Notes under the pieces: generated by a model
The model's database searches: none
Told to the model about the DNA's origin: nothing
Seen by the model: the letters and a program-made list of their open reading frames with translations, nothing else
Made by a program: the position numbers and the translations under genes
Shown here: positions 10,063 through 20,164 of the stretch, one piece after another
How the letters are laid out: the number at the start of each line of letters is the position of its first letter
Numbering within the stretch: position 1 is the first letter of the stretch
NCBI GenBank assembly: GCA_964291395.2
Contig: OZ219857.1
Coordinates: 132,218 to 196,217 of the forward strand
Source of the DNA: Alphaproteobacteria bacterium
GTDB taxonomy: Bacteria > Pseudomonadota > Alphaproteobacteria > UBA2966
Direction of reading: 5' to 3'
DNA length: 64,000 nucleotides

Positions 10063-10127
10063 CTTCGTTCCACGGATTCAGGACTCTGCAAACCATGGCA
10101 ACCCGCTGTTCGGACTCTTGCCAGCGG

Positions 10128-10937
10128 TCAGGTGCCCTTGAATACCGGTTTGCGCTTCTCGTGAAACGCTTCGACGCCTTCGCGGAAATCGTCGGATTGC
10201 CGCAGCCTCGAGTAGCAGTGCCCCTCTGCCTGAATGGCCACGGACAGGAACATGTCCTCCGTTTCGTTGAGCAGGCGCTTGGCCGTCCGCTGCGCCAGCG
10301 GCGCGAATTCGCGAAGTTCGGCAACCAGGGCGTCCGTGGCCGTCTCCAGCTCATCGTCCGGCACCACCTCGGTGACGATGCCCCAGTCGAAGGCCTGCCG
10401 GCCGGAGATGCGCCGGGAGCGCATGACGATGTCCTTGGTCCGGGTGATGCCGATCATCTTCTGCAGGCGCGCCGCCCCACCTGATCCCGGAATCTGACCC
10501 AATCTCTGCTCGGGAAGGGCGTAGAGCGCCGTCTCGGACGCGATACGGAAGTCGCAGGCCAGCGAGATTTCGAAGCCGACGCCGAAGCAGTAGCCGCGAT
10601 TGGCGGCGATAACGGGCTTCTCGCACCGTGTCGGCGCGGCCATGTTGTCGGCAAGTTTCGAGACGTGCTCGGGCGATGCCTCCATGAACCCCCGGATGTA
10701 CCCGCCCGAAGAAAAGTTCGGACCGAGAGCGCGAAGCACGATCACGCGCACCCGGTCGTCACGGTCGAGCATTTCGAACACTGCTCGCAATTCCTCGCGT
10801 TGATCCATCGAGATCGTGTTCATATCGCCACGGTCCAAGATGATGTCGCCACGCTGCCGTTCGAAATCAACATCGACCGTGAAACCGTCAAAGGCCTTGC
10901 CGTACAGTTCTTCCGTCGCTCCGATGGTCAACGCCAT
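10128..10937 (-). CDS. Crotonase-family enzyme, HmfE-like (2-oxoglutaroyl-CoA hydrolase-like)
   Basis: [62 protein letters not shown]; resembles HmfE of the furoate pathway as I recall it. Confidence 0.75.
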   Translation of the reverse strand: MALTIGATEELYGKAFDGFTVDVDFERQRGDIILDRGDMNTISMDQREELRAVFEMLDRDDRVRVIVLRALGPNFSSGGYIRGFMEASPEHVSKLADNMAAPTRCEKPVIAANRGYCFGVGFEISLACDFRIASETALYALPEQRLGQIPGSGGAARLQKMIGITRTKDIVMRSRRISGRQAFDWGIVTEVVPDDELETATDALVAELREFAPLAQRTAKRLLNETEDMFLSVAIQAEGHCYSRLRQSDDFREGVEAFHEKRKPVFKGT

Positions 10938-10990
10938 TCCTCCCTGTCAGTCCTCGGTTCGGTTTTGCGGATGGTACGGGCAACCGACGG

Positions 10991-12607
10991 CTACGACGCC
11001 GGCGCCATTTCCAGCAGCAGCTTCTTGTCGATCTTGTTGCCGCCTACCCGGGGAAACTCAGTCAGTTCGATGAATCGAGCCGGTATCTTGTACGTCGCAA
11101 GGCCACCCGCCCGAAGAATTTCCACCAAACCCTCGGGATCGAATGTCTTGCCTTCCTGCACCTGAACAAAGGCCCACGGCGCTTCGCCGTATTCGGCATC
11201 GGGTGCCGCGACGACGGCACACTGGAACACGTCAGGATGCTTGGCGATCTCCTGCTCGACTTCGACCGGCAATATCTTGTGCCCGCTGCGATTGATGACC
11301 TCGCTGGAGCGTCCCAGCAGCGTCAACCGGCCACTATCATCGAGTGAGCCCATATCCCCAGTCGTGTACCAGCCGTCCGACCATACGGCCCGCGTGGCCT
11401 CGGGGTCGTTCCAGTAACCCAGGGAGGCAAAGGGTGCGGAGACCTTGACATAACCGACCTCGCCGGCGGGAAGTTTCGTACCGTCGTCGTCGTCGACCCG
11501 CAAGCGACAGCCTGGAAGGGGTAAGCCGGTACTCCCGTCAAGCCGCAGCGCCGCCGGTTCGCCGAACTCCGCGTGCCCAAATCCGGGGCATTCCATAGCC
11601 CCCGACGCGACGACCACTCGGCAATCGGTCAGGCCTTCGATACGTCGCGCCGCATCGAGGCTGGCAGCCCCGGTGCCGACCCGTAAGGCCCGCAACGAGC
11701 TCAGATCGAACGCCGCGAGATCTTCCCCGGCCAAGCGGGCGAGGATGACAGGCACCGTGGTCGCAACCGTGATCTTCACGTCCTCCACCAACTGCAACAA
11801 AGCACGCGCTTCAAATGTCCTGGGGAACGTGTAGGTAAAAGGCATCGTGCCGGACATCACCCAGATCAGCACCCCGGCCGCGCCCGACATCGGCGCGAAC
11901 ATGCCGATGACATCATCCTCTCGCATCCCCAGCCTGTCGGCGGTGCCGCGGCCGATACAAATTTGCGCTGCTTCCGGCCATTCATTCAACTTGGCGAGGC
12001 TGTTGGTCCCGCTTGAGGCGGTGATCAGGGATACCTCGTCAAACCGGAATTGCCGCTCCGTGATCTGATCACGGCCGTCGCCGTATTCGAGAGCCCCTTC
12101 CAGATCGGACCAACTCAGCCATCCTTCCGGTGGCGCCGACGTGACGCTGACGCGCAGAGCCGGCGCGGACCGGTCGGCAATCGCCTCGTCCAGCCAAGTC
12201 TTTTGGTCATCGTTCATGGAGTCGAGCGAGACGAAGACAGCGCTCGGGTCGATTCGCTCCCAGGTGTAGTCCAGCTCCCGCCGACGCCACTGCATCGGCG
12301 CGAAACAGCCCAAGATGCCGGCCTTCTTGAACGCAATCCGCAGCACCATTTCGCGGTTCGACGACGGGATCTGTACGAGAGCCCGGCCGTCGCGGGGGAT
12401 GCCGCGAGCAATCAGGTTGGCAGCGATCCGGTCGGTAGCCTCGTCGAGTTGCCGCCAAGTGATCTCGGTCTCCCAGTCACGACAGGCAATCTTGTCGGGA
12501 AAATCCCGCGCGTAGGCGGCGTACCGGTCGACCATGGTCTCCCGGGACCAATGGCCGGCCGCGAGGTAAGCCTGGACTTTCTCCTGATCGATACGGGTTG
12601 GCTTCAT
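10991..12607 (-). CDS. AMP-binding (ANL) acyl/aryl-CoA ligase
   Basis: Variant P-loop ASSGTNSLAK, GWYTTGD, GRSSEVINRSG, C-terminal GNKIDK lysine. Confidence 0.85.
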   Translation of the reverse strand: MKPTRIDQEKVQAYLAAGHWSRETMVDRYAAYARDFPDKIACRDWETEITWRQLDEATDRIAANLIARGIPRDGRALVQIPSSNREMVLRIAFKKAGILGCFAPMQWRRRELDYTWERIDPSAVFVSLDSMNDDQKTWLDEAIADRSAPALRVSVTSAPPEGWLSWSDLEGALEYGDGRDQITERQFRFDEVSLITASSGTNSLAKLNEWPEAAQICIGRGTADRLGMREDDVIGMFAPMSGAAGVLIWVMSGTMPFTYTFPRTFEARALLQLVEDVKITVATTVPVILARLAGEDLAAFDLSSLRALRVGTGAASLDAARRIEGLTDCRVVVASGAMECPGFGHAEFGEPAALRLDGSTGLPLPGCRLRVDDDDGTKLPAGEVGYVKVSAPFASLGYWNDPEATRAVWSDGWYTTGDMGSLDDSGRLTLLGRSSEVINRSGHKILPVEVEQEIAKHPDVFQCAVVAAPDAEYGEAPWAFVQVQEGKTFDPEGLVEILRAGGLATYKIPARFIELTEFPRVGGNKIDKKLLLEMAPAS

Positions 12608-12621
12608 GCTTAACCTTCAAC

Positions 12622-13407
12622 TCATCGGCCCTTGTATTCGGGGGAACGCTTTTCGGCAAAAGCTTTCAGGCCTTCACGGCCATCCTCGGTGCCCATGCAA
12701 ATGGCATAGAGCTTGCGCTCATAGTCGATGCCGGTCAGGAGATCCGTCTCCGTCGACCGCAGCACGGCATCGCGTCCGGCGACGAACGCCATCGGCGCCT
12801 GGGATCCCAATTCGCGCGCCAGTTCCTTTGCCCGCGGCAACAGGTCGGCGTGCGGCACGACCTCGGTAACCAGGCCGATGGACGCCGCGGTCCGAGCGTC
12901 AATGCGCTGCCCGGTCAGCACCATCTGCATGGCCCAACCGAGACCAACAAACCGGTAGAGGCGTTGCGTCCCCCCGCTTCCCGGGATTTGGCCCAACGTG
13001 ATCTCCGGTTGGCCGAGCAGAGCATCGTCACTGGAAATGCGAACCGTGCACCCCATGGCGAACTCGAGGCCAGCACCAAAACAATAACCATTGATCGCGG
13101 CGACGCTTGGCTTGCCGAGGCGTTCGATCGTGGTCGGTAGATCTTTTCTGAGCGTCGCCGAAGGACCCATTTCCGATACTAGCGTACGTTGCTCGAGCTC
13201 CGGAATATTGGCGCCTGCGCTGAACGACTTGTCGCCGTGTCCAGTGAACACTATGGCCTTGACCGCGCCGTCGGTTTCCGCGCGCCGGGCACAATCCATC
13301 AGGTCGACCCGCATCTGGTGACTCAGGGCATTGTGCCGCTCGGGCCAGTGCAGCGTGACGATCAGCAAGTCACCATCCATTTCGGTCAGCACATTTTCGT
13401 ATTCCAT
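12622..13407 (-). CDS. Enoyl-CoA hydratase/isomerase family protein (start uncertain)
   Basis: [36 protein letters not shown]. Confidence 0.88.
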   Translation of the reverse strand: MEYENVLTEMDGDLLIVTLHWPERHNALSHQMRVDLMDCARRAETDGAVKAIVFTGHGDKSFSAGANIPELEQRTLVSEMGPSATLRKDLPTTIERLGKPSVAAINGYCFGAGLEFAMGCTVRISSDDALLGQPEITLGQIPGSGGTQRLYRFVGLGWAMQMVLTGQRIDARTAASIGLVTEVVPHADLLPRAKELARELGSQAPMAFVAGRDAVLRSTETDLLTGIDYERKLYAICMGTEDGREGLKAFAEKRSPEYKGR

Positions 13408-13795
13408 CGGAGGCCAATCCTCTTTCTTCATCTGCACGACAACGCCTGCCACGGCAGTGCAAGGTGAACGCCAAGCGTTTCAGCGTTTCTTGAAACCGAG
13501 AGACCTCGGACGCCGGAGGAAGACCGGTGGCGCCCCGACCGGAACCGTCGGCGACCAAGCTCCACCCGCTCCCTCGTATTCCTTGTCCGCGGCAACTTCC
13601 GCTCGGCAGAAGAGAGCTGCAGAGGTGTATCGAACCGAACCACCCATAACAATCACGACGCAAAACCTCAATCCGGCCAGATCGGAAAATCGGGTGACGT
13701 GCGGGGACCTGAGGCGCTAACTTCCAAGGATGTTCGAGTGGGCTTACCTCGCCCTCTGACTCATTGCTCTAGAATTCCGGCACAAGGAGTGTGTC

Positions 13796-14998
13796 ATGCG
13801 CCCGTTCGACGGCATCCGCATCGTTGACCTCACCCAGATCCTCGCCGGCCCCTACTGCACCTACCAGCTTGGTCTGCTCGGAGCAGAAGTGATCAAGATC
13901 GAGCTCCCGGGCCACGGCGACTGGATCCGCGTCACGGGCCTTGATCCAGAACTTCGCAAGGCGCGCATGGGAACGCATTTCCTGTCCCAAAATGCCGGAA
14001 AGAGATCGGTTACCGTCAATATGAAGGACGAGCGCGGTCGCGACATCGTCAGGAAGCTGGTCGAGACCGGTGACGTGTTCGTCGAAAACTTCCGCCCCGG
14101 CGCGGCCGAGCGGCTCGGTCTTTCCTACGAGGAGGTAAGTGCCATAAAGCCGGACATCATTTATTGCTCGCTGTCCGCTTACGGCCAGGACGGCCCCTGG
14201 TCCCATCGCAAAGGTTACGACCACGTTCTGCAGGGCACGACGGGAATCATGAGCCTGACGGGCACGCCGGAAACGGGTCCGATCAAGGCGGGTCTGCCGT
14301 TCATCGACTTCGCCACGGGGCTCAACGGTGCATTCGCCATTTCCGCCGCGCTATTCGAGCGACAGAAGACCGGCGAAGGCAAACGCATCGACATCGCCAT
14401 GCTCGATTCCACGCTATTGCTGATGTCGAACATCGTCGCCGACTATCTGATCACAGGAACCGTACCGGAGCTCGTCGGCAATGAGCCTCAGAGCCGCAGT
14501 CCCACGGCAGGCGTCTTCGATGCGAGGGACCGGCGAATCCTGATCGCGGCCAATTCCGACGTGCAGTACCGCGGCCTGATGACGGCCCTCGGGCTTGAGG
14601 GCCTGATCGACGATCCCCGGTTCGCCGATCACCAGTCGCGCCTCGCCAACAAGCCCGAACTCCGCCGGGTCGTCAACGACGCGCTGAAAACCAAGTCCGG
14701 CGAAGAATGGGAAGAGATCCTGGACAGCGTGGACGTCCCGGCCGGGCTGATCCGCAACGTCGCCGAAGTGATGGCGGAGGATGGCCAGGCCATGTCGCGG
14801 GGAATCTCACAGGAGATGGTTCTGCCCAGTCACAACCGCAAAATCGGTGTGCCGACGGCGGGCTTCAAGGTGGACGGCAATGTCATCAAGGCCGACGGGC
14901 CACCGCCCGAGGTCGGCGCAGATACCGAAGCGGTGCTTGCCGAAATCGGTTATAGCGACACCGAGATTGCGGAGTTCCGAAAAGCGGACGTCGTCTGA
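13796..14998 (+). CDS. Family III (CaiB/BaiF) CoA transferase
   Basis: DLTQILAGPYC, LGAEVIKIE, NAGKRS, ENFRPG, catalytic GYD; AAGGAG SD. Confidence 0.92.
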   Translation: MRPFDGIRIVDLTQILAGPYCTYQLGLLGAEVIKIELPGHGDWIRVTGLDPELRKARMGTHFLSQNAGKRSVTVNMKDERGRDIVRKLVETGDVFVENFRPGAAERLGLSYEEVSAIKPDIIYCSLSAYGQDGPWSHRKGYDHVLQGTTGIMSLTGTPETGPIKAGLPFIDFATGLNGAFAISAALFERQKTGEGKRIDIAMLDSTLLLMSNIVADYLITGTVPELVGNEPQSRSPTAGVFDARDRRILIAANSDVQYRGLMTALGLEGLIDDPRFADHQSRLANKPELRRVVNDALKTKSGEEWEEILDSVDVPAGLIRNVAEVMAEDGQAMSRGISQEMVLPSHNRKIGVPTAGFKVDGNVIKADGPPPEVGADTEAVLAEIGYSDTEIAEFRKADVV

Positions 14999-15075
14999 GG
15001 TCGTCGCTATGGCGGTTCAAGTCAAAACTGGAACCGCTCCAACACTCCAGCGCCGATTTGCATGCCCGTAACGCC

Positions 15076-15777
15076 ATGACACGCCTGATTTCCTGGAACA
15101 TCCGCCACGGCGGCGGAGCTCGTATCGAGGCGATCGCCGAAGCGATCTCGGGCCATGATCCCGACATCGCGGTGCTTTCGGAATTCCGGCATAACCGGTT
15201 CGGTGCCCATCTGCACGAGCACCTTGCCGACATGGGCCTCGTTCACCGCCGGTCCGGACGCGCGGCACCACCAGCCAACACGGTCTCCGTCGCCTCGCGG
15301 TATCCCCTGACGCCGCTTCCCCGGACCAGACACTTGGGGCAATGGTCTCATCGGGTGGTCGCGGCACATTGTAGGGATTTTCGAATCGTTGGGCTTTATC
15401 TACCCAATCTCAAGGCGAAGCTCCCGCTGCTCGAATACCTGGTTTCCTTGCCACGCACCTACCTCAAGGAACCATCACTGCTGGTGGGCGATCTCAACTC
15501 CGGCAAACAGGGGATCGATGGTCCCGACACGTTCGTGTTTTTCGAGGGCGCGTATCTCGAGAAGCTCGAGTCCCAGGGCTGGACGGACGGGTTTCGCCAT
15601 TTCCACGGGCTCAAACAGGACTTCACCTGGTACAGCCACCGGCAGAACGGCTACCGGCTGGATTACGCGATATCGTCACCCCCGATGACCAACCGCCTTC
15701 GTGGCGCCTGGCACTCCCATCCGGAACGCGAGGCTGGCTTATCGGATCATTCAATCCTGATCGTCGACTTCGACTAG
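15076..15777 (+). CDS. Endonuclease/exonuclease/phosphatase (Xth-like) protein
   Basis: ISWNI, LSEF, GDLN, FTWYS..RLDY, SDH motifs. Confidence 0.85.
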   Translation: MTRLISWNIRHGGGARIEAIAEAISGHDPDIAVLSEFRHNRFGAHLHEHLADMGLVHRRSGRAAPPANTVSVASRYPLTPLPRTRHLGQWSHRVVAAHCRDFRIVGLYLPNLKAKLPLLEYLVSLPRTYLKEPSLLVGDLNSGKQGIDGPDTFVFFEGAYLEKLESQGWTDGFRHFHGLKQDFTWYSHRQNGYRLDYAISSPPMTNRLRGAWHSHPEREAGLSDHSILIVDFD

Positions 15778-15788
15778 CGGACTCCGCA

Positions 15789-16544
15789 CTAGATCATCAT
15801 CATGCCGCCGTTCACATCCAGCACTTGCCCGGTGACCCAATTGGACTGTGGCGAGGCGAGGAATACGATCGCCTGCGCGATATCGGCGGGCATGCCGTAG
15901 CGGCCCAAGGGTACGATGGTCGACGGATCCGGCGGGCTGCCGTCGTTCACGACATCGCCCCACATCGTCCCCGTGATGGGGCCGGGCGCCACCGCGTTGG
16001 CGTAGATGCCGTCGTCCGCACTGTTGCGGGCGATGTTCTTGATTAGGGCATGGACCGCGCCTTTCGACGCCGCATAGGCGACGCCGGTGGCAGCTCCGCC
16101 GAACCTGCCCGCGATCGAGCCTACGGCGACGATCTTGCCATAGCTCCGCTCTTTCATAATCGGCACGACGGAACGGGCCACGTTCATGACCCCGTACACG
16201 TTGACACCCATCACCTGGTGCCATTCCTCGTCCGTTACCGTGTCCACACGGGCGAGCGTGGCGATGCCAGCGGCCAAAACGGCGATATCGATACGTCCGT
16301 GCTCGGACATCACATCGGCCACCAGCGACTCGGCGGCAGACTTCGACGTGACATCGAGTTGTTTGTAGGCGATCGAATCATCCGCCACGAACGCATCACT
16401 CAAGTCGTGAATGTCGGTCCCCACGACAGCGGCGCCGCAGTCAGCCAACGCCCTGGCCGTTACCTGACCGATGTCACCGGTTGCTCCGGTGACGATGGCG
16501 ACTTGTTCGGTGAGATCCGGTGGGCCGCTGTTGGGCATGACCAT
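15789..16544 (-). CDS. Short-chain dehydrogenase/reductase
   Basis: TGATGDIG, YAASK, NAVAPG, VNGG. Confidence 0.9.
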   Translation of the reverse strand: MVMPNSGPPDLTEQVAIVTGATGDIGQVTARALADCGAAVVGTDIHDLSDAFVADDSIAYKQLDVTSKSAAESLVADVMSEHGRIDIAVLAAGIATLARVDTVTDEEWHQVMGVNVYGVMNVARSVVPIMKERSYGKIVAVGSIAGRFGGAATGVAYAASKGAVHALIKNIARNSADDGIYANAVAPGPITGTMWGDVVNDGSPPDPSTIVPLGRYGMPADIAQAIVFLASPQSNWVTGQVLDVNGGMMMI

Positions 16545-16580
16545 GAACGGTGTGTCCTTCTCTTTAGTTCCGACCTAACC

Positions 16581-17381
16581 TCAAAAACTCTTCAATGTGA
16601 CGCCGCCGTCGACGACGATCTCCGCACCCGTAACGTACCGCGCCTCGTCTGAGGCAAGGTAAAGAGCCGCGTAGGCCACATCCCAAGCATCTCCCATTTT
16701 GCCGGCCGGACACATGGCATCGCGGTCGGCGATCGCCCTCGCTACGTCACCGTCGTAGGCTTGGCCGGCGACGCGAGCCTCGACCAAGGGTGTGTGCATG
16801 AGCCCAGGGACCACGCAATTCGATCGCACGCCCTTGCCTGCATACTGGAATGCGACGGCGTTGCTGAACTGAATGAGGCCGGCCTTGGATGCCTGATAAG
16901 CGCAGAGCTGCCGGCCGATATTGGTCCGGCTCGCAATGGACGAGATGTTGACGATGGCGCCACCGCCCTGCTTTTCCATGATGGGCAGTACATATTTGCA
17001 GGCCAGAAAGGCGGTCTTCAGATTGAAGTCAATCTGGAAGTCCCAATCCTCCTCGGAGAGTTCCGCCGGCCCTCCGGGAATCGATCCCCCGCAGTTGTTG
17101 TGAAGGATGTCGATGCGCCCGTATTCCCCCATGCAGGCGTTCACCATGGCTTCGACCTGGTCGGCTTTCATGGCATCGCCAGTATGCGTCGCGCAGACGC
17201 CGCCCTCGTTCTCGATGATCCTCTTGGTCTCGGCGACGGCGGCTCCATTGATGTCCACCGCGAAGACCTTGGCGCCCTCGCGGGCATAGAGCACGGCCGC
17301 CGCTTTACCATTGCCATAGCCCTCGCCAACCGAGCCCGCACCAACCACCAGCGCGACCTTGCCTTCAATGCGTCCCGTCAT
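16581..17381 (-). CDS. Short-chain dehydrogenase/reductase
   Basis: GAGSVGEGYGNG, HNNCG, YQASK, GDAWDVA; ATG 17381 after AGGGAGG SD. Confidence 0.9.
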   Translation of the reverse strand: MTGRIEGKVALVVGAGSVGEGYGNGKAAAVLYAREGAKVFAVDINGAAVAETKRIIENEGGVCATHTGDAMKADQVEAMVNACMGEYGRIDILHNNCGGSIPGGPAELSEEDWDFQIDFNLKTAFLACKYVLPIMEKQGGGAIVNISSIASRTNIGRQLCAYQASKAGLIQFSNAVAFQYAGKGVRSNCVVPGLMHTPLVEARVAGQAYDGDVARAIADRDAMCPAGKMGDAWDVAYAALYLASDEARYVTGAEIVVDGGVTLKSF

Positions 17382-17720
17382 TAGAGCGTCCTCCCTTGCA
17401 TGCCGCTGCCGGAGCGCCAGCCCCGCACCCGTCCAAGAGCGTTCGGAGCTTGTGGATTTTTCCAGTGCGATACCGAACGGCATCCGACCGGACTGTAACA
17501 CCGATGTTCGGGAACGGAGAAAGCCTGTGCGGACACGACTCGAGCCGGCACTCACCTCGTGCCTACTGTCGGATCAGGCGTCATTCGTCTCCAGTGCGAT
17601 CGTCGACGTTCGTTCCGGACGCTGAAGAACTACCAGGCTTTGCCCGGCAGGGCGCGTATGAAACACTGCGACAATATAGGGCGGACTTCAGGGGCCTGAT
17701 CCGCTCTCAGGGGGAGGAAT

Positions 17721-18338
17721 ATGGAGCTTCATATCTCACCGAGCTCGCCTTATGTGCGCAAGGTTCGCGTCTCGGTTCGCGAACTTGGTCTGGAGGACCA
17801 AGTCGAGGAGGTAATCACCGTTCCGTGGGACGAGGACGCCGATGTGGCCATGCAAAATCCCACGGGCAAAGTTCCCGCGTTGATCACCGACGATGGCGAC
17901 AGCCTGTTTGATTCACCGGTCATCTGCGAATACCTCGATTCCCTCAGCGACCGGGTGTCATTGTTCCCGTCGGCCGGTCCTGCACGATGGGCGGCCTTGC
18001 GCCGGCAGGCGCTGGCGGATGCGATGCTGGACGCGATGATCGCGCGGCGCGTCGAGGGCAACCGTCCCGGCGACGCCGATTCGGAATACTGGATCAATCG
18101 GCATTGGTCGGCTGTGCAACGGTGCATCGATGAGATGGAACGCACCCTGCCTGACGGCGACAAACCCATCGACATTGGCGACATTGCAATCGCCGTGGCG
18201 CTCGCTCAAGTCCTGTATCGCTTCGGCGATCAGGATTGGCGGCCGAGCCGGCCCAAGCTCGCGTCTTGGTTCGAGGAGACCGCGCAGCGCCCTTCACTCG
18301 TCAAGACCTATCCGGTTGACCACGAACGCTCCCGCTAG
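17721..18338 (+). CDS. Glutathione S-transferase family protein
   Basis: SPYVRKV, NPTGKVPAL, DSPVICEYL; GGGGAGG SD. Confidence 0.9.
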   Translation: MELHISPSSPYVRKVRVSVRELGLEDQVEEVITVPWDEDADVAMQNPTGKVPALITDDGDSLFDSPVICEYLDSLSDRVSLFPSAGPARWAALRRQALADAMLDAMIARRVEGNRPGDADSEYWINRHWSAVQRCIDEMERTLPDGDKPIDIGDIAIAVALAQVLYRFGDQDWRPSRPKLASWFEETAQRPSLVKTYPVDHERSR

Positions 18339-18364
18339 TCGTCCGAGAATCGAGCTGCGCAAGC

Positions 18365-19552
18365 GTGCCGAAGCACCTAGATAGGGCAGACAGCGTCGTT
18401 GTGGGCGCCGGCGTCATCGGCCTCGCCGTGGCCCGGCGGCTCGCCATTTCCGGTCGCGAAGTCATCGTCCTCGAACAGGAAGACCTGATCGGCACGCACT
18501 CGTCATCCCGCAGCAACGAGGTCTCGCACGCCGGCCTCTACTACCGGCCCGACGGACCTCAGGCGATCCTCTGCGTGGCCGGACATCGCTTGCTCGAACC
18601 CTATTGCGCCGAACATGGGATTCCGTACAAGGTGGTGGGAAAGCTCGTCGTAGCCAACGGCGAGGATGACCTCGAGTGGTTGAAAGGCATCTACGAGAAT
18701 GCCCAGATTTGTGGCGCACGGGGTCTGGATTGGCTCGGCGGCAACGCGGCGCGCAATCTCGAACCCGAACTTCGATGCGACGCGGCAATCCATTCGACCC
18801 TGACGGGGATCGTCGACACGCATGCTCTGATGCTCGCCTATCAAGGCGAGGCGGAAGCGCATGGTGCCTCGATCGCTTTCCAGAGCCGGCTACTCAGCGC
18901 CCGTGTGGCGAATAATGGATTCGCCCTCGAGATCGCGACAAAGGACGGGACGCATCACCTCGGTTGTAACACGCTCATCAACGCGGCGGGGCTCTGGGCC
19001 GTTCCCGTCGCGCGCGCCATCGAAGGCACGCCTCAGGACGACATCCCGCACGTCCATTACGCCAAGGGAGCCTTCTTCTCACTTGCGGTAAAGTCGCCCT
19101 TCCGCCATCTCGTGGTGCCGTCCCAGCGTTGGATCCGCATGGGCGGGATCTACACGCTCGACATGGCCATGCGAGCCCGTTTCGGACCCGAAGAAGAGTG
19201 GATCGAAGAGGTGAACTACGATATCGATACCACGCGCTCCTCGACGGCCTATGAAGCGGTGAGGCGCTACTGGCCCGGCCTTGAGGACGGTATGCTACAG
19301 CCCGCCTATACGGGCATACGCCCGCGCCTGAATGGCCCAGGAGAACCCATGGCCGACTGGATCATACACGGTCCCGCCGAACACGGCGTGCCCGGCCTCG
19401 TAAACCTGTACGGCATCGAGAGTCCGGGTATCACATCTTCGCTGCCGATCGCAGAAATGGTCACAGCCATGGCGGACGGACTTCCGTTCGGACAGGCGCT
19501 GGGCATGCAGCGCGCGACCAACCAATCACCGTTCGCAACCCGCAACCAATAA
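18365..19552 (+). CDS. FAD-dependent oxidoreductase, L-2-hydroxyglutarate oxidase/dehydrogenase-like
   Basis: GAGVIG, SSRSNEVSHAGLYY, NAAGL, YTGIRP, NLYGIESPGITSS. Confidence 0.85.
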   Translation: MPKHLDRADSVVVGAGVIGLAVARRLAISGREVIVLEQEDLIGTHSSSRSNEVSHAGLYYRPDGPQAILCVAGHRLLEPYCAEHGIPYKVVGKLVVANGEDDLEWLKGIYENAQICGARGLDWLGGNAARNLEPELRCDAAIHSTLTGIVDTHALMLAYQGEAEAHGASIAFQSRLLSARVANNGFALEIATKDGTHHLGCNTLINAAGLWAVPVARAIEGTPQDDIPHVHYAKGAFFSLAVKSPFRHLVVPSQRWIRMGGIYTLDMAMRARFGPEEEWIEEVNYDIDTTRSSTAYEAVRRYWPGLEDGMLQPAYTGIRPRLNGPGEPMADWIIHGPAEHGVPGLVNLYGIESPGITSSLPIAEMVTAMADGLPFGQALGMQRATNQSPFATRNQ

Positions 19553-19866
19553 TGGAGAGCAAACCCATGGCCCAAGTTGCAGTTCTCGCCCAGGTCGACA
19601 TCAATCCCGCCCAAAAAGAGGCGTTCGACGCCCGTGCCCGTCGTCACTCGGCCGATTCCCAGGCCAACGAGGAAGGCTGCCTGATGTTTCAGGTGAATAC
19701 CGTGGAAGACAACCCGAATCGTTACGTCATGTACGAGATCTACGTCGACAAGGATGCCATCGAGACCCACATGAACTCCGATCACATGAAGTCCTTCCGT
19801 TCGGATACGGCCGACATGGTGAAGGACCGTGTGATCACCATTCTGAACGTGGTCACGGAAATTTAG
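19552..19866 (+). CDS. ABM-domain (putative quinol monooxygenase/LsrG-like) protein
   Basis: EEGCLMF, YEIY, H..SDH pattern; coupled to the upstream stop (TAATG). Confidence 0.8.
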   Translation: MESKPMAQVAVLAQVDINPAQKEAFDARARRHSADSQANEEGCLMFQVNTVEDNPNRYVMYEIYVDKDAIETHMNSDHMKSFRSDTADMVKDRVITILNVVTEI

Positions 19867-19904
19867 CGAACACCAGCGCGGACCCTGGCCAGAGGAGATC
19901 TGCC

Positions 19905-20147
19905 ATAACCAAGCAGCTGCTTCATCTGGTGATCGGCGGCGAATTGACGGATCCCGGTGGAACAGAGTTCGCCGACCTGAACAAGGTCGAGATCGTGGGA
20001 CTTTATCCGAACTATCAGAAGGCCTATGACGCCTGGCGGGGCGTGGCGATGGCGACGATAGACGATGCAAGTATCCGGTATTTCATCGTCCATGTGCACC
20101 GTCTCCTGGATCCCGGGGCGGTCGAGGAACACGGCGAACACGACTGA
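19905..20147 (+). CDS. DUF4170-family small protein with apparent ATA start
   Basis: (I/M)TKQLLHLVIGGEL...VGLYPNY..AYDAW...RYFIVHVHRLLDP; AGAGGAGA SD 6 nt upstream of ATA at 19905. Confidence 0.8.
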   Translation: MTKQLLHLVIGGELTDPGGTEFADLNKVEIVGLYPNYQKAYDAWRGVAMATIDDASIRYFIVHVHRLLDPGAVEEHGEHD

Positions 20148-20164
20148 GGCCCGGAATCAGCCCT

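Noticed and set aside
9986-10127. Active integrative element at tRNA-Arg
   Set aside because: No integrase and no att duplication found in the window.
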